64,000 nt of DNA from Turneriella sp. (GTDB lineage Bacteria > Spirochaetota > Leptospiria > Turneriellales > Turneriellaceae). This document shows, in pieces, positions 46,914 through 55,883 of the stretch. The position numbers were made by a program, and so were the translations under genes. Numbering within the stretch: the first letter of the stretch is position 1; every line of letters starts with the position of its first letter. The notes beneath the pieces were generated by a model. It ran no database searches. It worked only from the letters and a program-made list of their open reading frames with translations, and had not been told where the DNA came from. The stretch covers positions 1,856,001 to 1,920,000 of the forward strand of contig CBDIID010000003.1 of the NCBI GenBank assembly GCA_965279515.1, given 5' to 3'.

Positions 46914-48824
46914 ATGGCAAACTTGAATAAGTACACGATGTACGAACTACTGATCACGGCGATGAAAGATCATCCGACGGCGATAGCGCAGATGTATCGG
47001 CCAGATAAGAACGAGCCCTACACAAAAGTAAGCTATACTGAATTCTTCGACAAGGCGCGCGCGATCAGCCTCGGCCTCGATGCAATCGGTCTTAAACGCG
47101 GAGACAAAGTCGGATTCATTGCCGACGTGGGCCAAACGTGGTTGCCGGTCAGCATGGGTATTAACGCCATCGGTGGCGTCGACGTGCCCCGGGGCACAGA
47201 CGCAACACCGCAGGAACTCCTCTATATTTTTAAACATGCTGATTGTCCGGTCATCATTCTGGATAATGAAAAAGTTTTCAACAGTATCTCGGCGAAACTT
47301 GGTGAATTCTCAAATCTCAAGACCATCATCTTTGTAAACCCGGCAACGCCACAGGTTCCGGGTCACATCAAGATCTACAGTCTCGATGAAATCATCGCCA
47401 GCGGCCGCAGCGTGCAGGCATCACAGCCAAATCGGTTTGCAGAACTCGGTAATGCGGTTTCTGAAGAAGAGCTCGCCACAATCATCTACACCTCAGGGAC
47501 AACGGGAAATCCCAAAGGTGTTATGCACACAAATAAATCCCTGAGTTGGGAAATTTCGCACGCCGCCGACGACATCCATTTCAAACCGAATGGTGTTACG
47601 ATGGGCTTTCTGCCGCCTTGGCACGTCGCCGAACGTCTGATCGAATCGGTGGCCCTGACGAAAGGTTGCGCGATTGCGTTTACCGCCGTGCCCACACTGG
47701 CTAAAGATTTACAGGAAGCACGCCCGACCTTTCTATTGTCAGTACCCCGCGTCTGGGAAAGCCTTTACAACCGTGTTCTCGACAATGTGAAGAAGGCCTC
47801 ACCGATCGCGCGCGCACTCTTTAATTTTTCGCGCTGGTCGGCCATGCATTTTTCAATCGAAAAAGACATTCTTGCGAACCGCAAGTACCGACTGACAAAG
47901 CCATCGGTCCTTTTCCATCTGTTCCGCCGCCCGCTCGCCTTGATTGCAATGTTGTGGCTATTGATACCAAATCTTCTGGCGCAATTGATTCTGGGCAAAG
48001 TCCGTAAGGGATTGGGCGGACGCGTTGAATTTGCGCTTTCAGGCGCCGGCGCGCTGCCCGAACACATCGACCGTTTCTTTTATTCGATTGGGGTTGCCAT
48101 TGTCGAAACCTATGGTATGACTGAAACGGTCGGCGTTACCTGCCGCCGGAGTTATCCTGGTACCGTCATCGGCACTGTCGGCAAGACGATCGCGGGCACG
48201 AAAGTGAAGCTGCTCGACGAACATGGCAACGAAATCACAGAGCCCAACATTAAGGGTGTATGCTGGCACTATGGCCCACACATCATGAAAGGCTACTATA
48301 AAGAAGAACAGAAAACCGCTGAGATCCTGAAGGACGGCTGGCTGAATTCCGGCGACATTCTCATCTATACGGCGAACGGCGAGCTGAAATTTGCGGGTCG
48401 CGCGAAAGACACAATCGTACTCATTGGCGGCGAGAACGTCGAGCCGCAGCCCATCGAAGATACGCTGATCCAGAGTGAGTACATCCACCAGGTTGTCGTC
48501 GTTGGCCAGGATAAAAAATCGCTCGGTGCCTTGATCGTGCCTGCGAAAGAAGCGGTACAGAAGTACGCCAGCGAGCAGAAAATCACATTACCGGCTGAGA
48601 TGCGCGACTGGCCGCTGAACCCCGAGATTCAGAAACTCTTTAAGGCCCAGATCAAAGAACGCGTATCCGAAAAAGCCGGTTTCAAGAGCTTCGAAAAAGT
48701 CAATGCCTTCACGGTGATTCCCGATGAATTTAAGATCGGCGAAGAACTGACGCAGACATTGAAAGTCCGCCGCAACGTGGTATTCGACAAGTACGCGAAG
48801 CAGATCGAAGAAATGTATAAATAA
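46914..48824 (+). CDS. Long-chain fatty acid--CoA ligase
   Basis: YTSGTTGNPKG, YGMTE, GWLNSGD, GRAKD, GENVEP, TLKVRR. Confidence 0.93.
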   Translation: MANLNKYTMYELLITAMKDHPTAIAQMYRPDKNEPYTKVSYTEFFDKARAISLGLDAIGLKRGDKVGFIADVGQTWLPVSMGINAIGGVDVPRGTDATPQELLYIFKHADCPVIILDNEKVFNSISAKLGEFSNLKTIIFVNPATPQVPGHIKIYSLDEIIASGRSVQASQPNRFAELGNAVSEEELATIIYTSGTTGNPKGVMHTNKSLSWEISHAADDIHFKPNGVTMGFLPPWHVAERLIESVALTKGCAIAFTAVPTLAKDLQEARPTFLLSVPRVWESLYNRVLDNVKKASPIARALFNFSRWSAMHFSIEKDILANRKYRLTKPSVLFHLFRRPLALIAMLWLLIPNLLAQLILGKVRKGLGGRVEFALSGAGALPEHIDRFFYSIGVAIVETYGMTETVGVTCRRSYPGTVIGTVGKTIAGTKVKLLDEHGNEITEPNIKGVCWHYGPHIMKGYYKEEQKTAEILKDGWLNSGDILIYTANGELKFAGRAKDTIVLIGGENVEPQPIEDTLIQSEYIHQVVVVGQDKKSLGALIVPAKEAVQKYASEQKITLPAEMRDWPLNPEIQKLFKAQIKERVSEKAGFKSFEKVNAFTVIPDEFKIGEELTQTLKVRRNVVFDKYAKQIEEMYK

Positions 48825-48848
48825 GGTTTTTTAAGGGGGTATTTCATA

Positions 48849-49817
48849 TTAGATAGCCCGAAGCAGTTTTTCCAGTTCGGCAGTGACGGTTTGGCTACGG
48901 CGCTGCATCATGCGCGCCGCGTCTTCGATGAATTTTGAACGGTCGTAGATTTTAGTCTCACCCCACAGAAAAGGGCGAAAATATCCCGAGCGGTGCGATA
49001 GGCCGAAAAGGTTAGCTCCCACATCGATAATCGAACCCGTACCGAGCATGGTACCGATCGCCGTCTTCGCATAATCGCCGATGATCGAGCCGAATTTGAT
49101 CGTACCCGCGGGGTATTTGTTATCCCGGAAGGTCAGGCGCACCTCGCCGTAATTATTCTTGAGATCCGATGTCGTCGTCAGCGCGCCCAGATTCACCCAA
49201 TCGCCGACCAGGGAATGCCCCAGGAAACCCTCATGGTGCTTGTTGGAAAAATCGCCGATGATCGAATCGGCGATTTCACCGCCCAGCCGGCAATTCTCTC
49301 CGGCAATCGCATTGGAAAAGCGGCAGGCATCGAGCTGGGTCTTTTGGCCGATGTAAGCCGGCCCACGCACAAAGGAAAATGCGCCGACGACCGCGCCGGC
49401 ATCGATAACGATCGGCCCCGCTTCGGTGTTAAAACCGGCAAACCGGGAGATTCGGGCGCTGGAGTGCACCCGGCAATTTGCCGCATCACCTTCGACGAGC
49501 GCCGCCGGGCCTGCTTCAAAGCCATTCCCCAAAAACGCCAAATCGGCGGAGATCTGATTTCCCATATTTGCCAGAAGCGCAGCGGGATGAATCACGGGGT
49601 TTTCGCTCTCGGCATTGGACCAGCTTATTTCGCCTGAGACATGGTGCAGCGCCGTGAGGGTGGCGACTTCCGCCTGTTGCCGCCGCGTTGTCACGGGCAC
49701 AGGCGCCTGGTTTTGCCTGCGCCCTCGTTCCCACGGTGAAAAAATTCCGTCGCGCAGCAGGAAAAACGGCTTCAGGCGCAGCAGCGGAGTGAGCGTTTCT
49801 TGAAAAAGATCTGTCAC
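48849..49817 (-). CDS. GlmU-like hexapeptide-repeat protein
   Basis: GPAYIG, GGEI, SNKHHEGFLGHS, WVNLGA, SDLKNNY. Confidence 0.85.
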   Translation of the reverse strand: MTDLFQETLTPLLRLKPFFLLRDGIFSPWERGRRQNQAPVPVTTRRQQAEVATLTALHHVSGEISWSNAESENPVIHPAALLANMGNQISADLAFLGNGFEAGPAALVEGDAANCRVHSSARISRFAGFNTEAGPIVIDAGAVVGAFSFVRGPAYIGQKTQLDACRFSNAIAGENCRLGGEIADSIIGDFSNKHHEGFLGHSLVGDWVNLGALTTTSDLKNNYGEVRLTFRDNKYPAGTIKFGSIIGDYAKTAIGTMLGTGSIIDVGANLFGLSHRSGYFRPFLWGETKIYDRSKFIEDAARMMQRRSQTVTAELEKLLRAI

Positions 49818-50603
49818 TTATTGCAGGGTACGTACCAGGTCGAGAATGTGGTAAAAGTATGTACTGAGATTGTGCCCCGACAGCAAGGAGTGCACACCGA
49901 TCATGACCAGCGACGCACCGACGGGTATCGTCAGGTTATCATCCAGCAGACCCTCGTGGCTGACAAATTCGATGAGCAGTGCGGCGATCGAACCTAGCAC
50001 CAGCGTCAGCCAGTTTTCCAGGCGGATGCCGTGGATATCCCACAGCACGTAATCCGACGGGTATTGGATGGCCGAAATGAGCAGGAGAAAGACCAGGCCA
50101 GCAAGGAAGGCGCCCGCCATACCACCGAGTGTGCCCTGCAAACTCTTGCCGTTATAAAAACGGATGGTGCCGAATTTACCGCCGACGAGTGCCGCCGCCG
50201 GATCACCAAAGGTCAGAAACAAGATCGAAAGGATGGCGATCTCGCGCGGAAAAAAGCCGACGACGAGGCAGAGCGCAAGAATATACGGCACGCTGCCATG
50301 CATCTTGTCGGCTTCTTTGCCCTTAAGCATCGGGCCTGCGACCTTGAGGAAAAGGTCTTGCCAGAGCTTAAAACGGAAGCGGAGGAATTCGATGATAAAA
50401 AAAACAATCGTGACAATGCCCGTGATCCAGAAAATGATGGAGCGCGTCGTCTCTTTGAACTTCCACGGGCTGACGCCGTCGAGGACGTTAAAAAAATAGC
50501 AGAACGGAATAATGAGCCCGATCAGGTGAAATAACTTGCGGGCATAGTTGAACTTGTCGCCCGGTTTATTGTCTTTGCTGAAAAGTTTTTTGGGTTCTGC
50601 CAT
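49818..50603 (-). CDS. CTP-dependent polyprenol/diacylglycerol kinase (SEC59/DGK1/VTE5 family)
   Basis: RKLFH, GDPAAALVG, KSLQG, DDNLTIP. Confidence 0.9.
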   Translation of the reverse strand: MAEPKKLFSKDNKPGDKFNYARKLFHLIGLIIPFCYFFNVLDGVSPWKFKETTRSIIFWITGIVTIVFFIIEFLRFRFKLWQDLFLKVAGPMLKGKEADKMHGSVPYILALCLVVGFFPREIAILSILFLTFGDPAAALVGGKFGTIRFYNGKSLQGTLGGMAGAFLAGLVFLLLISAIQYPSDYVLWDIHGIRLENWLTLVLGSIAALLIEFVSHEGLLDDNLTIPVGASLVMIGVHSLLSGHNLSTYFYHILDLVRTLQ

Positions 50604-50657
50604 GCTTCGATACGCTCCGTTACACTCCGCTACTCAGCACAGGTTCCCCCTGACAGC

Positions 50658-51011
50658 CTAGCCCAGAAGTTTTTCTGCGGCCATGCGCGACTGCGCGTAA
50701 GAAAACATTTCGGTAAAACCGGTCATGCTGACGACCTGCTGCACCCGGGCTGAAGGCTGAATCAATGCCAATTTTTTGCCGCTGCGCGACAGCTGCTCGC
50801 TCATTTCGAAGAGCAGGCCGATTCCGGTAGAGACGATGAGTTCGACTTCGCTGAGATCGAGAAGCACGTGGTTCTTGGTCGCGGCATCGAGGAACTTGCG
50901 GCGCACCTCGTGCGTATTCTGGGAATTCATGGCCCCAATGATTTTAAAGAACGTATACGTCTGGGCTTTTTCTTCGATAACCTGAAATTGTTGCTCGGAA
51001 GGCGTTGGCAT
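50658..51011 (-). CDS. STAS domain protein (anti-sigma antagonist-like)
   Basis: LLDLSEVELIVSTGIGLL, V..MTGF. Confidence 0.88.
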   Translation of the reverse strand: MPTPSEQQFQVIEEKAQTYTFFKIIGAMNSQNTHEVRRKFLDAATKNHVLLDLSEVELIVSTGIGLLFEMSEQLSRSGKKLALIQPSARVQQVVSMTGFTEMFSYAQSRMAAEKLLG

Positions 51012-51138
51012 CGGATTGGCAATCTGACACTGTCAGGCAGACGAGCAAGGAAAAAATGCCTGCCATGCTGCGAATAGGCCGAAATCCCCGCCCTGTGCAA
51101 TCCACTTGACGCGACGCACCAAAGCACGATGCCCGCGG

Positions 51139-52350
51139 ATGCTCGCTGCGCTTCTGTCTCTGGTAAACGCCGGGGCCGGTCTCGACGCCCACCGCCGCCG
51201 CTACGTCGTCAATACGAACGTCTACGCGCTCATCGTCATTGCCATAACGCTCCCCTATCCTTTTATTTACCTCTACCTGCACGTCGACGTCGACCCGCTC
51301 ATTCTTTCGGGCTCGCTGATTTTTCTCGCCGCCTATTCCGGGGTAATTTTTTTGAATTACCTGACCCTGCATACCCTGGCGAAGCTGCTGTTTTTTGCGG
51401 CGGTGCTCTGCCAGCTGTTCTCGATCTGCGTGATCTTCGGTAAGGGCACGGGGCTCGACCAGTTTTTCTATGCGGCCTTTGTGGGGATCTTCTTCGTCGT
51501 CGACCGGCACCAGAAGATCATGATTATTCCTTCGCTGGCGGTGCTGGCGGCGGAATACCTGCTCATACAATACATCAACGCGTATATTGATCCGCTCGTA
51601 AAAATCTCGCCCGCTACCGCGACGATCATCAGCTATATCTCATCGGGCTCGGTGTTCTCGCTACTCGGCCTGCAGTGCCTGTTTTTTTACTGGGGAAATC
51701 TCAAAGCGGAAACGGATCTCGAAACCGCGCGGCGGCAATCTGACCAGCTGCTGCTGAATATTCTGCCCGAGCCGATTGCCGACGAGCTGAAAAAAACCGG
51801 CGCTGTCGAACCGGTCGAGCACGACTCCGTGACGGTGGTTTTCACCGATTTTGTCGGCTTCACCGCGAGTTCCGAATCGCGCAACCCGACCGATCTCTTG
51901 CGTGATCTCGACGACTGTTTCTCGGCCTTCGATGCGATCATTGAAAAACACGGGCTGGAGAAACTGAAGACGATTGGCGACGCCTACATGTTTGCAGGTG
52001 GTGTGCCGACTGATCTCGCCGACAACGCGGCGCAGTGCATTCTCGCGGCAAAAGAAATCGTCGCCTATGTCGAAAAACGCCGGTCGGATAACCCGCGTTT
52101 CTGGCAGATCCGCGTGGGCGTGCACACGGGGCATCTGATCGCGGGCGTGATTGGCCGCAAAAAATTCATCTACGACGTCTGGGGTGATACGGTCAACACG
52201 GCAAGCCGGCTCGAAGCGGCAGGCGAGCCGGGGCGGATCAACACCTCGGCGGCGACCTATGATTTAATTAAGAAAAAATTCACCTGCACACCGCGCGGCG
52301 AGATTGCAGTGAAGGGCAAGGGTCCGCTAACGATGTACTTCGTGGAATAG
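51139..52350 (+). CDS. Membrane class III adenylate cyclase
   Basis: TMs; FTDFVGFT, KLKTIGDAYM, YDVWGDTVNTASRLE, VKGKG. Confidence 0.93.
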   Translation: MLAALLSLVNAGAGLDAHRRRYVVNTNVYALIVIAITLPYPFIYLYLHVDVDPLILSGSLIFLAAYSGVIFLNYLTLHTLAKLLFFAAVLCQLFSICVIFGKGTGLDQFFYAAFVGIFFVVDRHQKIMIIPSLAVLAAEYLLIQYINAYIDPLVKISPATATIISYISSGSVFSLLGLQCLFFYWGNLKAETDLETARRQSDQLLLNILPEPIADELKKTGAVEPVEHDSVTVVFTDFVGFTASSESRNPTDLLRDLDDCFSAFDAIIEKHGLEKLKTIGDAYMFAGGVPTDLADNAAQCILAAKEIVAYVEKRRSDNPRFWQIRVGVHTGHLIAGVIGRKKFIYDVWGDTVNTASRLEAAGEPGRINTSAATYDLIKKKFTCTPRGEIAVKGKGPLTMYFVE

Positions 52351-52473
52351 GCCTTGTCTGAAATGGGCGAAAAACTTCTTCCGAACGCCCCTGAGGGCCT
52401 GGCCCCTTTTGAACCTCCTCGACTTTTGAACAAAAATGGCTTGAAACCGCATTTGAACAGTATGTTTGAGCAC

Positions 52474-52704
52474 ATGCAAGGGACTTTACATAGGTATGTG
52501 GAAATAGACCCGGCTAAATACGACGGGAAGCCCGTAATTACGGGTACTCGAGTGCCCGTTCAGGCCCTCGTGATGCATTATCGGTCAGGTATGCTCTTAG
52601 AGGAAATACTTGAAGGGTACCCGAACATTACCTCAGCCCAGTTATTTGATGCATTAAGCTACTATTTTGATAATAAAACCGCGATCGATGCCGAATTAGA
52701 ATGA
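52474..52704 (+). CDS. DUF433 antitoxin
   Basis: DP...GKPVITGTRVPV, EEILEGYP, DALSYY; start may be 52462. Confidence 0.92.
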   Translation: MQGTLHRYVEIDPAKYDGKPVITGTRVPVQALVMHYRSGMLLEEILEGYPNITSAQLFDALSYYFDNKTAIDAELE

Positions 52705-53036
52705 TTCGGCTGTATTTGGACGAGGACGTCCACAAGCAAGTAGCCCTTGCTCTCAGGCTAAGAGGGTATGATGTTGTGAGCGTTCATGAGCTGGAAATGT
52801 GGAATTTATCAGACGAAGAACAGCTAGCTTTCGCCACTCAAGACCACAGGGCGATATTCACGTTTAACCGCGGAGATTTTGCCAAATTACATGAGAATTG
52901 GCTATCTTTAGGGAAGAGCCACAACGGCATAATTACCAGTAAGCAACTTACACTTTCCGAAACAATTCAGAGGCTGAACAGGCTTCTATATGCGAAAAAG
53001 GCAGCAGAAATCGAAAACCAGCTTATTTGGTTATGA
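52701..53036 (+). CDS. DUF5615 PIN-like toxin
   Basis: LYLDEDV, GYDV, SDEEQL, TFNRGDF, HNGII; ATGA overlap with DUF433. Confidence 0.92.
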   Translation: MIRLYLDEDVHKQVALALRLRGYDVVSVHELEMWNLSDEEQLAFATQDHRAIFTFNRGDFAKLHENWLSLGKSHNGIITSKQLTLSETIQRLNRLLYAKKAAEIENQLIWL

Positions 53037-53095
53037 CTACGCAAGGTCAATATTCGAGCTTACGGGGCGAAGTTCATTAGTCCAATCGCCCACTT

Positions 53096-53311
53096 CAGAC
53101 AACAAAATTTACCTGCTGCGCCGCTGCGGTGCGGTAGCTCCTCGCGTGCTCGGCCCTACGCGCCAAAGATCGCGGACAAAGCACAAGCGGGGAGCTTGTT
53201 TTGTGCTTTGCCTGGAGGCGCTACGGGCGGATTGAGTGACGCAACATGGCTCTACAGGATGCAAAGTTGAACAAAGATTCACTCAACCTCAGGTAAATTC
53301 CGCGTTAGCTG
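53096..53311 (+). repeat. Long attC-like element (complete)
   Basis: AAC(53101)-aa-AATTTACCTG ... CAGGTAAATT-ccgc-GTT(53304); internal hairpins 53177-53210 and 53232-53286. Confidence 0.7.
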
Positions 53312-53363
53312 CCGTACCCAAGAATTTCAAAGAGTTCACGAAGAGTCAATTTTTCTAAAAAAC

Positions 53364-53399
53364 TTGACTCAATACGTATCCCTCAATATAGTCTACGTA
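53364..53399 (+). promoter_or_regulatory. Sigma70 promoter (leaderless) with two TACGTA operator boxes
   Basis: TTGACT-N17-TATAGT-N6-ATG; TACGTA at 53373 and 53394. Confidence 0.8.
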
Positions 53400-53656
53400 T
53401 GAGTGCTGTGAAACTGACGCTGAAGTTAGAAGAATCTGCCATCAATAAGGCTAAGACTTACGCTAAGGTTAATAGAACTAGCCTATCTAGATTGGTGGAG
53501 ACTTATTTTAATGAAATTTCGGGTGGCACAAAGAAAAAGGCTTCAGCGAAAATTTCGCCCCGCGTAAGGGAATTGTCAGGTATACTTAAGGGGGCAAATA
53601 TTGATTACAGATCCGAAGTTACTTCAATTCTCCGGAAAAAGCATGGTTTAGATTGA
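53399..53656 (+). CDS. RHH antitoxin (DUF6364-like)
   Basis: KLTLKL...AKTYAK..TSLSRLVETYF, SPRVRELSG. Confidence 0.88.
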   Translation: MSAVKLTLKLEESAINKAKTYAKVNRTSLSRLVETYFNEISGGTKKKASAKISPRVRELSGILKGANIDYRSEVTSILRKKHGLD

Positions 53657-54075
53657 AAAAGAAAGTATTCTTTGATTCGGACGTACTGCTCGATGTACTC
53701 ATCCAACGTCCCAAGCACTATGGGGAATCGGCTGAGGTTCTTAGCTTGGCCGATTCTAAGGTCGTAGACGGATACACCTCTACACTCATTTTGTGCAATT
53801 TGCATTATATCCTGCGAAAGCAATTAGGGGAAAAAGTGGCCATGCTTCATGTAGCAAAGTTGCTGGAAATGCTTGAAATACTCGACTTGCGAAAAAATGA
53901 CATTAGCGCCGCTATGAACCTCGGCATGCCAGATTTTGAAGATGCAATTCAATCATGCATCGCATTCAGGACGCGCATGGATTGGATAGTGACACGAAAC
54001 AGTAAAGACTTCAAGAAATCCTCTGTAAAACCCCTGATTCCGGGTGATTTTATCGAACTTGGTTACGGCAGATAA
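53653..54075 (+). CDS. PIN domain (VapC) toxin
   Basis: VFFDSDVLLD, DFEDAIQ, IVTRNSKDF; TTG start overlapping the antitoxin stop. Confidence 0.92.
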   Translation: MKKKVFFDSDVLLDVLIQRPKHYGESAEVLSLADSKVVDGYTSTLILCNLHYILRKQLGEKVAMLHVAKLLEMLEILDLRKNDISAAMNLGMPDFEDAIQSCIAFRTRMDWIVTRNSKDFKKSSVKPLIPGDFIELGYGR

Positions 54076-54210
54076 AAAAATTTAGCTGCGCGTGTGCTCC
54101 CTAAGGGAGATTCGCTTCGCGCATCCAGGGTCTCCGCAGCAAAACCCGCGGACAAAGCATAAGACGCTAGCTTACCAGCAGCAAGCCGGACACTTGTCTT
54201 GTGCTTTGCC
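54069..54210 (+). repeat. Second, decayed/truncated attC-like element
   Basis: Left arm 18/21 identical to 53096-53116 with AAC changed to AAA; shares CGCGGACAAAGCAYAAG and CTTGTYTTGTGCTTTGCC; no matching right arm. Confidence 0.7.
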
Positions 54211-54343
54211 CCGAAGTACTCCGTGCCCATGAAGCAATATAATAAATTCCTCCCCCGGAAACTCGTTTACAATTTGCCAGCAAATAACTCACAGCGCTAT
54301 GATAAAAATTCCGACCGATAAACCGTTCAAAATACCAGGGGTT

Positions 54344-54601
54344 GTGAAACAGTTAGTCATCGCGGTAGCAATCCTCGTTTTTTATGGAAATTGCCGCTCA
54401 ACCCCCGATCACCACGTCTTTTGTACCCAGGCCAAAATGCGCCGCGCCGAAGCCGGTAAAGGCACACCCAATGACAGACAAGTCCGCTGCCACGGCCTGA
54501 CCCAGGCGCGTTTAGCAGCGGCGCCGGGACGCGATTTTTCAAAGTACGCCGATTGTGTGCTCGAAGCCGAGAATAATATCACGGCGGGAAAATGCGAATA
54601 A
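54344..54601 (+). CDS. Small Cys-rich lipoprotein, hypothetical
   Basis: GTG after CAGGGG; KQLVIAVAILVFYGNC signal; four further Cys. Confidence 0.65.
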   Translation: MKQLVIAVAILVFYGNCRSTPDHHVFCTQAKMRRAEAGKGTPNDRQVRCHGLTQARLAAAPGRDFSKYADCVLEAENNITAGKCE

Positions 54602-54620
54602 GGATGCTTTTGCCCATAAT

Positions 54621-55385
54621 ATGAAAAAAATCAACGCCCCACGCCGGATATTCGCCATTGCAGTAATCCTGCTGTTCCTCTGCAATCTCTCCGCTACGGA
54701 GCAGAGCCCGCCGAAATTCAAAGCCATCGCTTTTGACTATTTTGTACTCTTTGATCCAAACTCCGTAATTCCGACCGTCGAAGAAATTTATCCCGGGAAA
54801 GGCATGGAGTTCACTAAAATGTGGCGCAGCAAACAATTCGAGTATGGTTTCTTAAGATCGATTACCAATCGCCATGCCGATTTTTTCGAGGTTACCGGTG
54901 ATGCTTTGGAATACACTGCCGCCGCAATGAAACTAAAGTTAGAACCCGCAATACGAACCCGTCTTTTGAATGCTTATCTGACACTGAAACCCTGGCCCGA
55001 CACGATTGCGGCTCTAAAAAAACTAAAAGCCTCGGGGCTGCGGATTATCACCATCGCAAATTTCAGCAAAAAGATGCTGCAAGCCAATGCCGACAACGCC
55101 GGAATCACCGGTCTATTTGATGAATTGTTAAGTACAGAGGTCAATGGCACTTACAAACCTGATCCGCGCGCCTATGAGCTGGGCCTGAAAAGGTTGAATC
55201 TCAAAAAACATGAAATCGTATTTGCAGCCTTTGGCGGCTGGGATGCCTATGGAGCTAAGAATTTTGGATACCCGACCTACTGGGTAAACAGGTTCAACCT
55301 GCCGACTGAGAATCTGGGCATTTCTGCAGACCGGACCTCAAACGATATTCAGGGCCTGCTGGATTTTATTTTCCCGAAACCCTAA
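54621..55385 (+). CDS. Haloacid dehalogenase type II-like hydrolase with signal peptide
   Basis: AIAFD, WRSKQFEY, YKPDPRAY, GWDAYGAK, WVNR. Confidence 0.88.
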   Translation: MKKINAPRRIFAIAVILLFLCNLSATEQSPPKFKAIAFDYFVLFDPNSVIPTVEEIYPGKGMEFTKMWRSKQFEYGFLRSITNRHADFFEVTGDALEYTAAAMKLKLEPAIRTRLLNAYLTLKPWPDTIAALKKLKASGLRIITIANFSKKMLQANADNAGITGLFDELLSTEVNGTYKPDPRAYELGLKRLNLKKHEIVFAAFGGWDAYGAKNFGYPTYWVNRFNLPTENLGISADRTSNDIQGLLDFIFPKP

Positions 55386-55396
55386 CGATACGACGG

Positions 55397-55834
55397 TCAG
55401 ACTACCGTAACCGAGATAATCTTATCGTCTTTGCGCAGCGCATTGACAACGTCCATATCGTGCGTGCGGCCGAAAACCGTGTGCACACCGTCGAGATGCG
55501 GCTGCGCCTTGTGGCAAATAAAGAACTGGCTGCCACCGGTATCTTTGCCCGCATGCGCCATCGACAGGCTGCCCGCCATGTGTTTGTTCTCGTTGATCTC
55601 GCACTTGATCGTATAGCCGGGACCACCCGTCCCTGGCATGCCTGACGCGCCCGCGCGTGTATTGGGACAACCGCCCTGGACCATAAAATTGGCGATCACA
55701 CGGTGAAAGGCGAGACCGTCGTAAAATTTCTCATTGGCGAGCTTTACGAAGTTGGCGACCGTTGCGGGAGCTTCCTTGTCATAGAGTTCAAAGCTCATTT
55801 TCCCTTTACTGGTTTCGATAATGACTTCAGGCAT
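55397..55834 (-). CDS. ppiA: Cyclophilin peptidyl-prolyl isomerase
   Basis: [35 protein letters not shown]. Confidence 0.93.
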   Translation of the reverse strand: MPEVIIETSKGKMSFELYDKEAPATVANFVKLANEKFYDGLAFHRVIANFMVQGGCPNTRAGASGMPGTGGPGYTIKCEINENKHMAGSLSMAHAGKDTGGSQFFICHKAQPHLDGVHTVFGRTHDMDVVNALRKDDKIISVTVV

Positions 55835-55883
55835 AAGGTTCAAATGCATTTTCCAGTCGGCGCGACAAGAAATTCAGAACTGC

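Larger units (their letters stand above)
52354..53304 (+). mobile_element. Integron-type gene cassette 1 (DUF433/DUF5615 TA + attC-like site)
   Basis: 5' end TTGTCTGAAATGGGCGA (52354-52370) is 16/17 complementary to TCGCCCACTTCAGACAA(C) (53086-53102). Confidence 0.7.
53305..54250 (+). mobile_element. Integron-type gene cassette 2 (DUF6364-like/PIN TA + decayed attC-like site)
   Basis: GTTAGCTGCCGTACCCAAG (53304-53322) is 16/19 complementary to CTTGGTTACGGCAGATAAA (54058-54076), which contains the toxin stop; right boundary uncertain. Confidence 0.65.

Noticed and set aside
52990..53235. 81-aa ORF downstream of the DUF5615 toxin
   Set aside because: Runs through the attC-like palindromic element, overlaps the toxin and has no protein-like features.
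53086..54250. Repeats read as a CRISPR array or IS/MITE ends
   Set aside because: Only two long structured copies, separated by whole genes; no spacers, cas genes, transposase or target duplication; the IRs differ per unit.
55375..55396. CCCTAAC at the HAD stop as a third cassette R'' site
   Set aside because: No following L-arm or hairpin, and no complementary TTAGGG start upstream.
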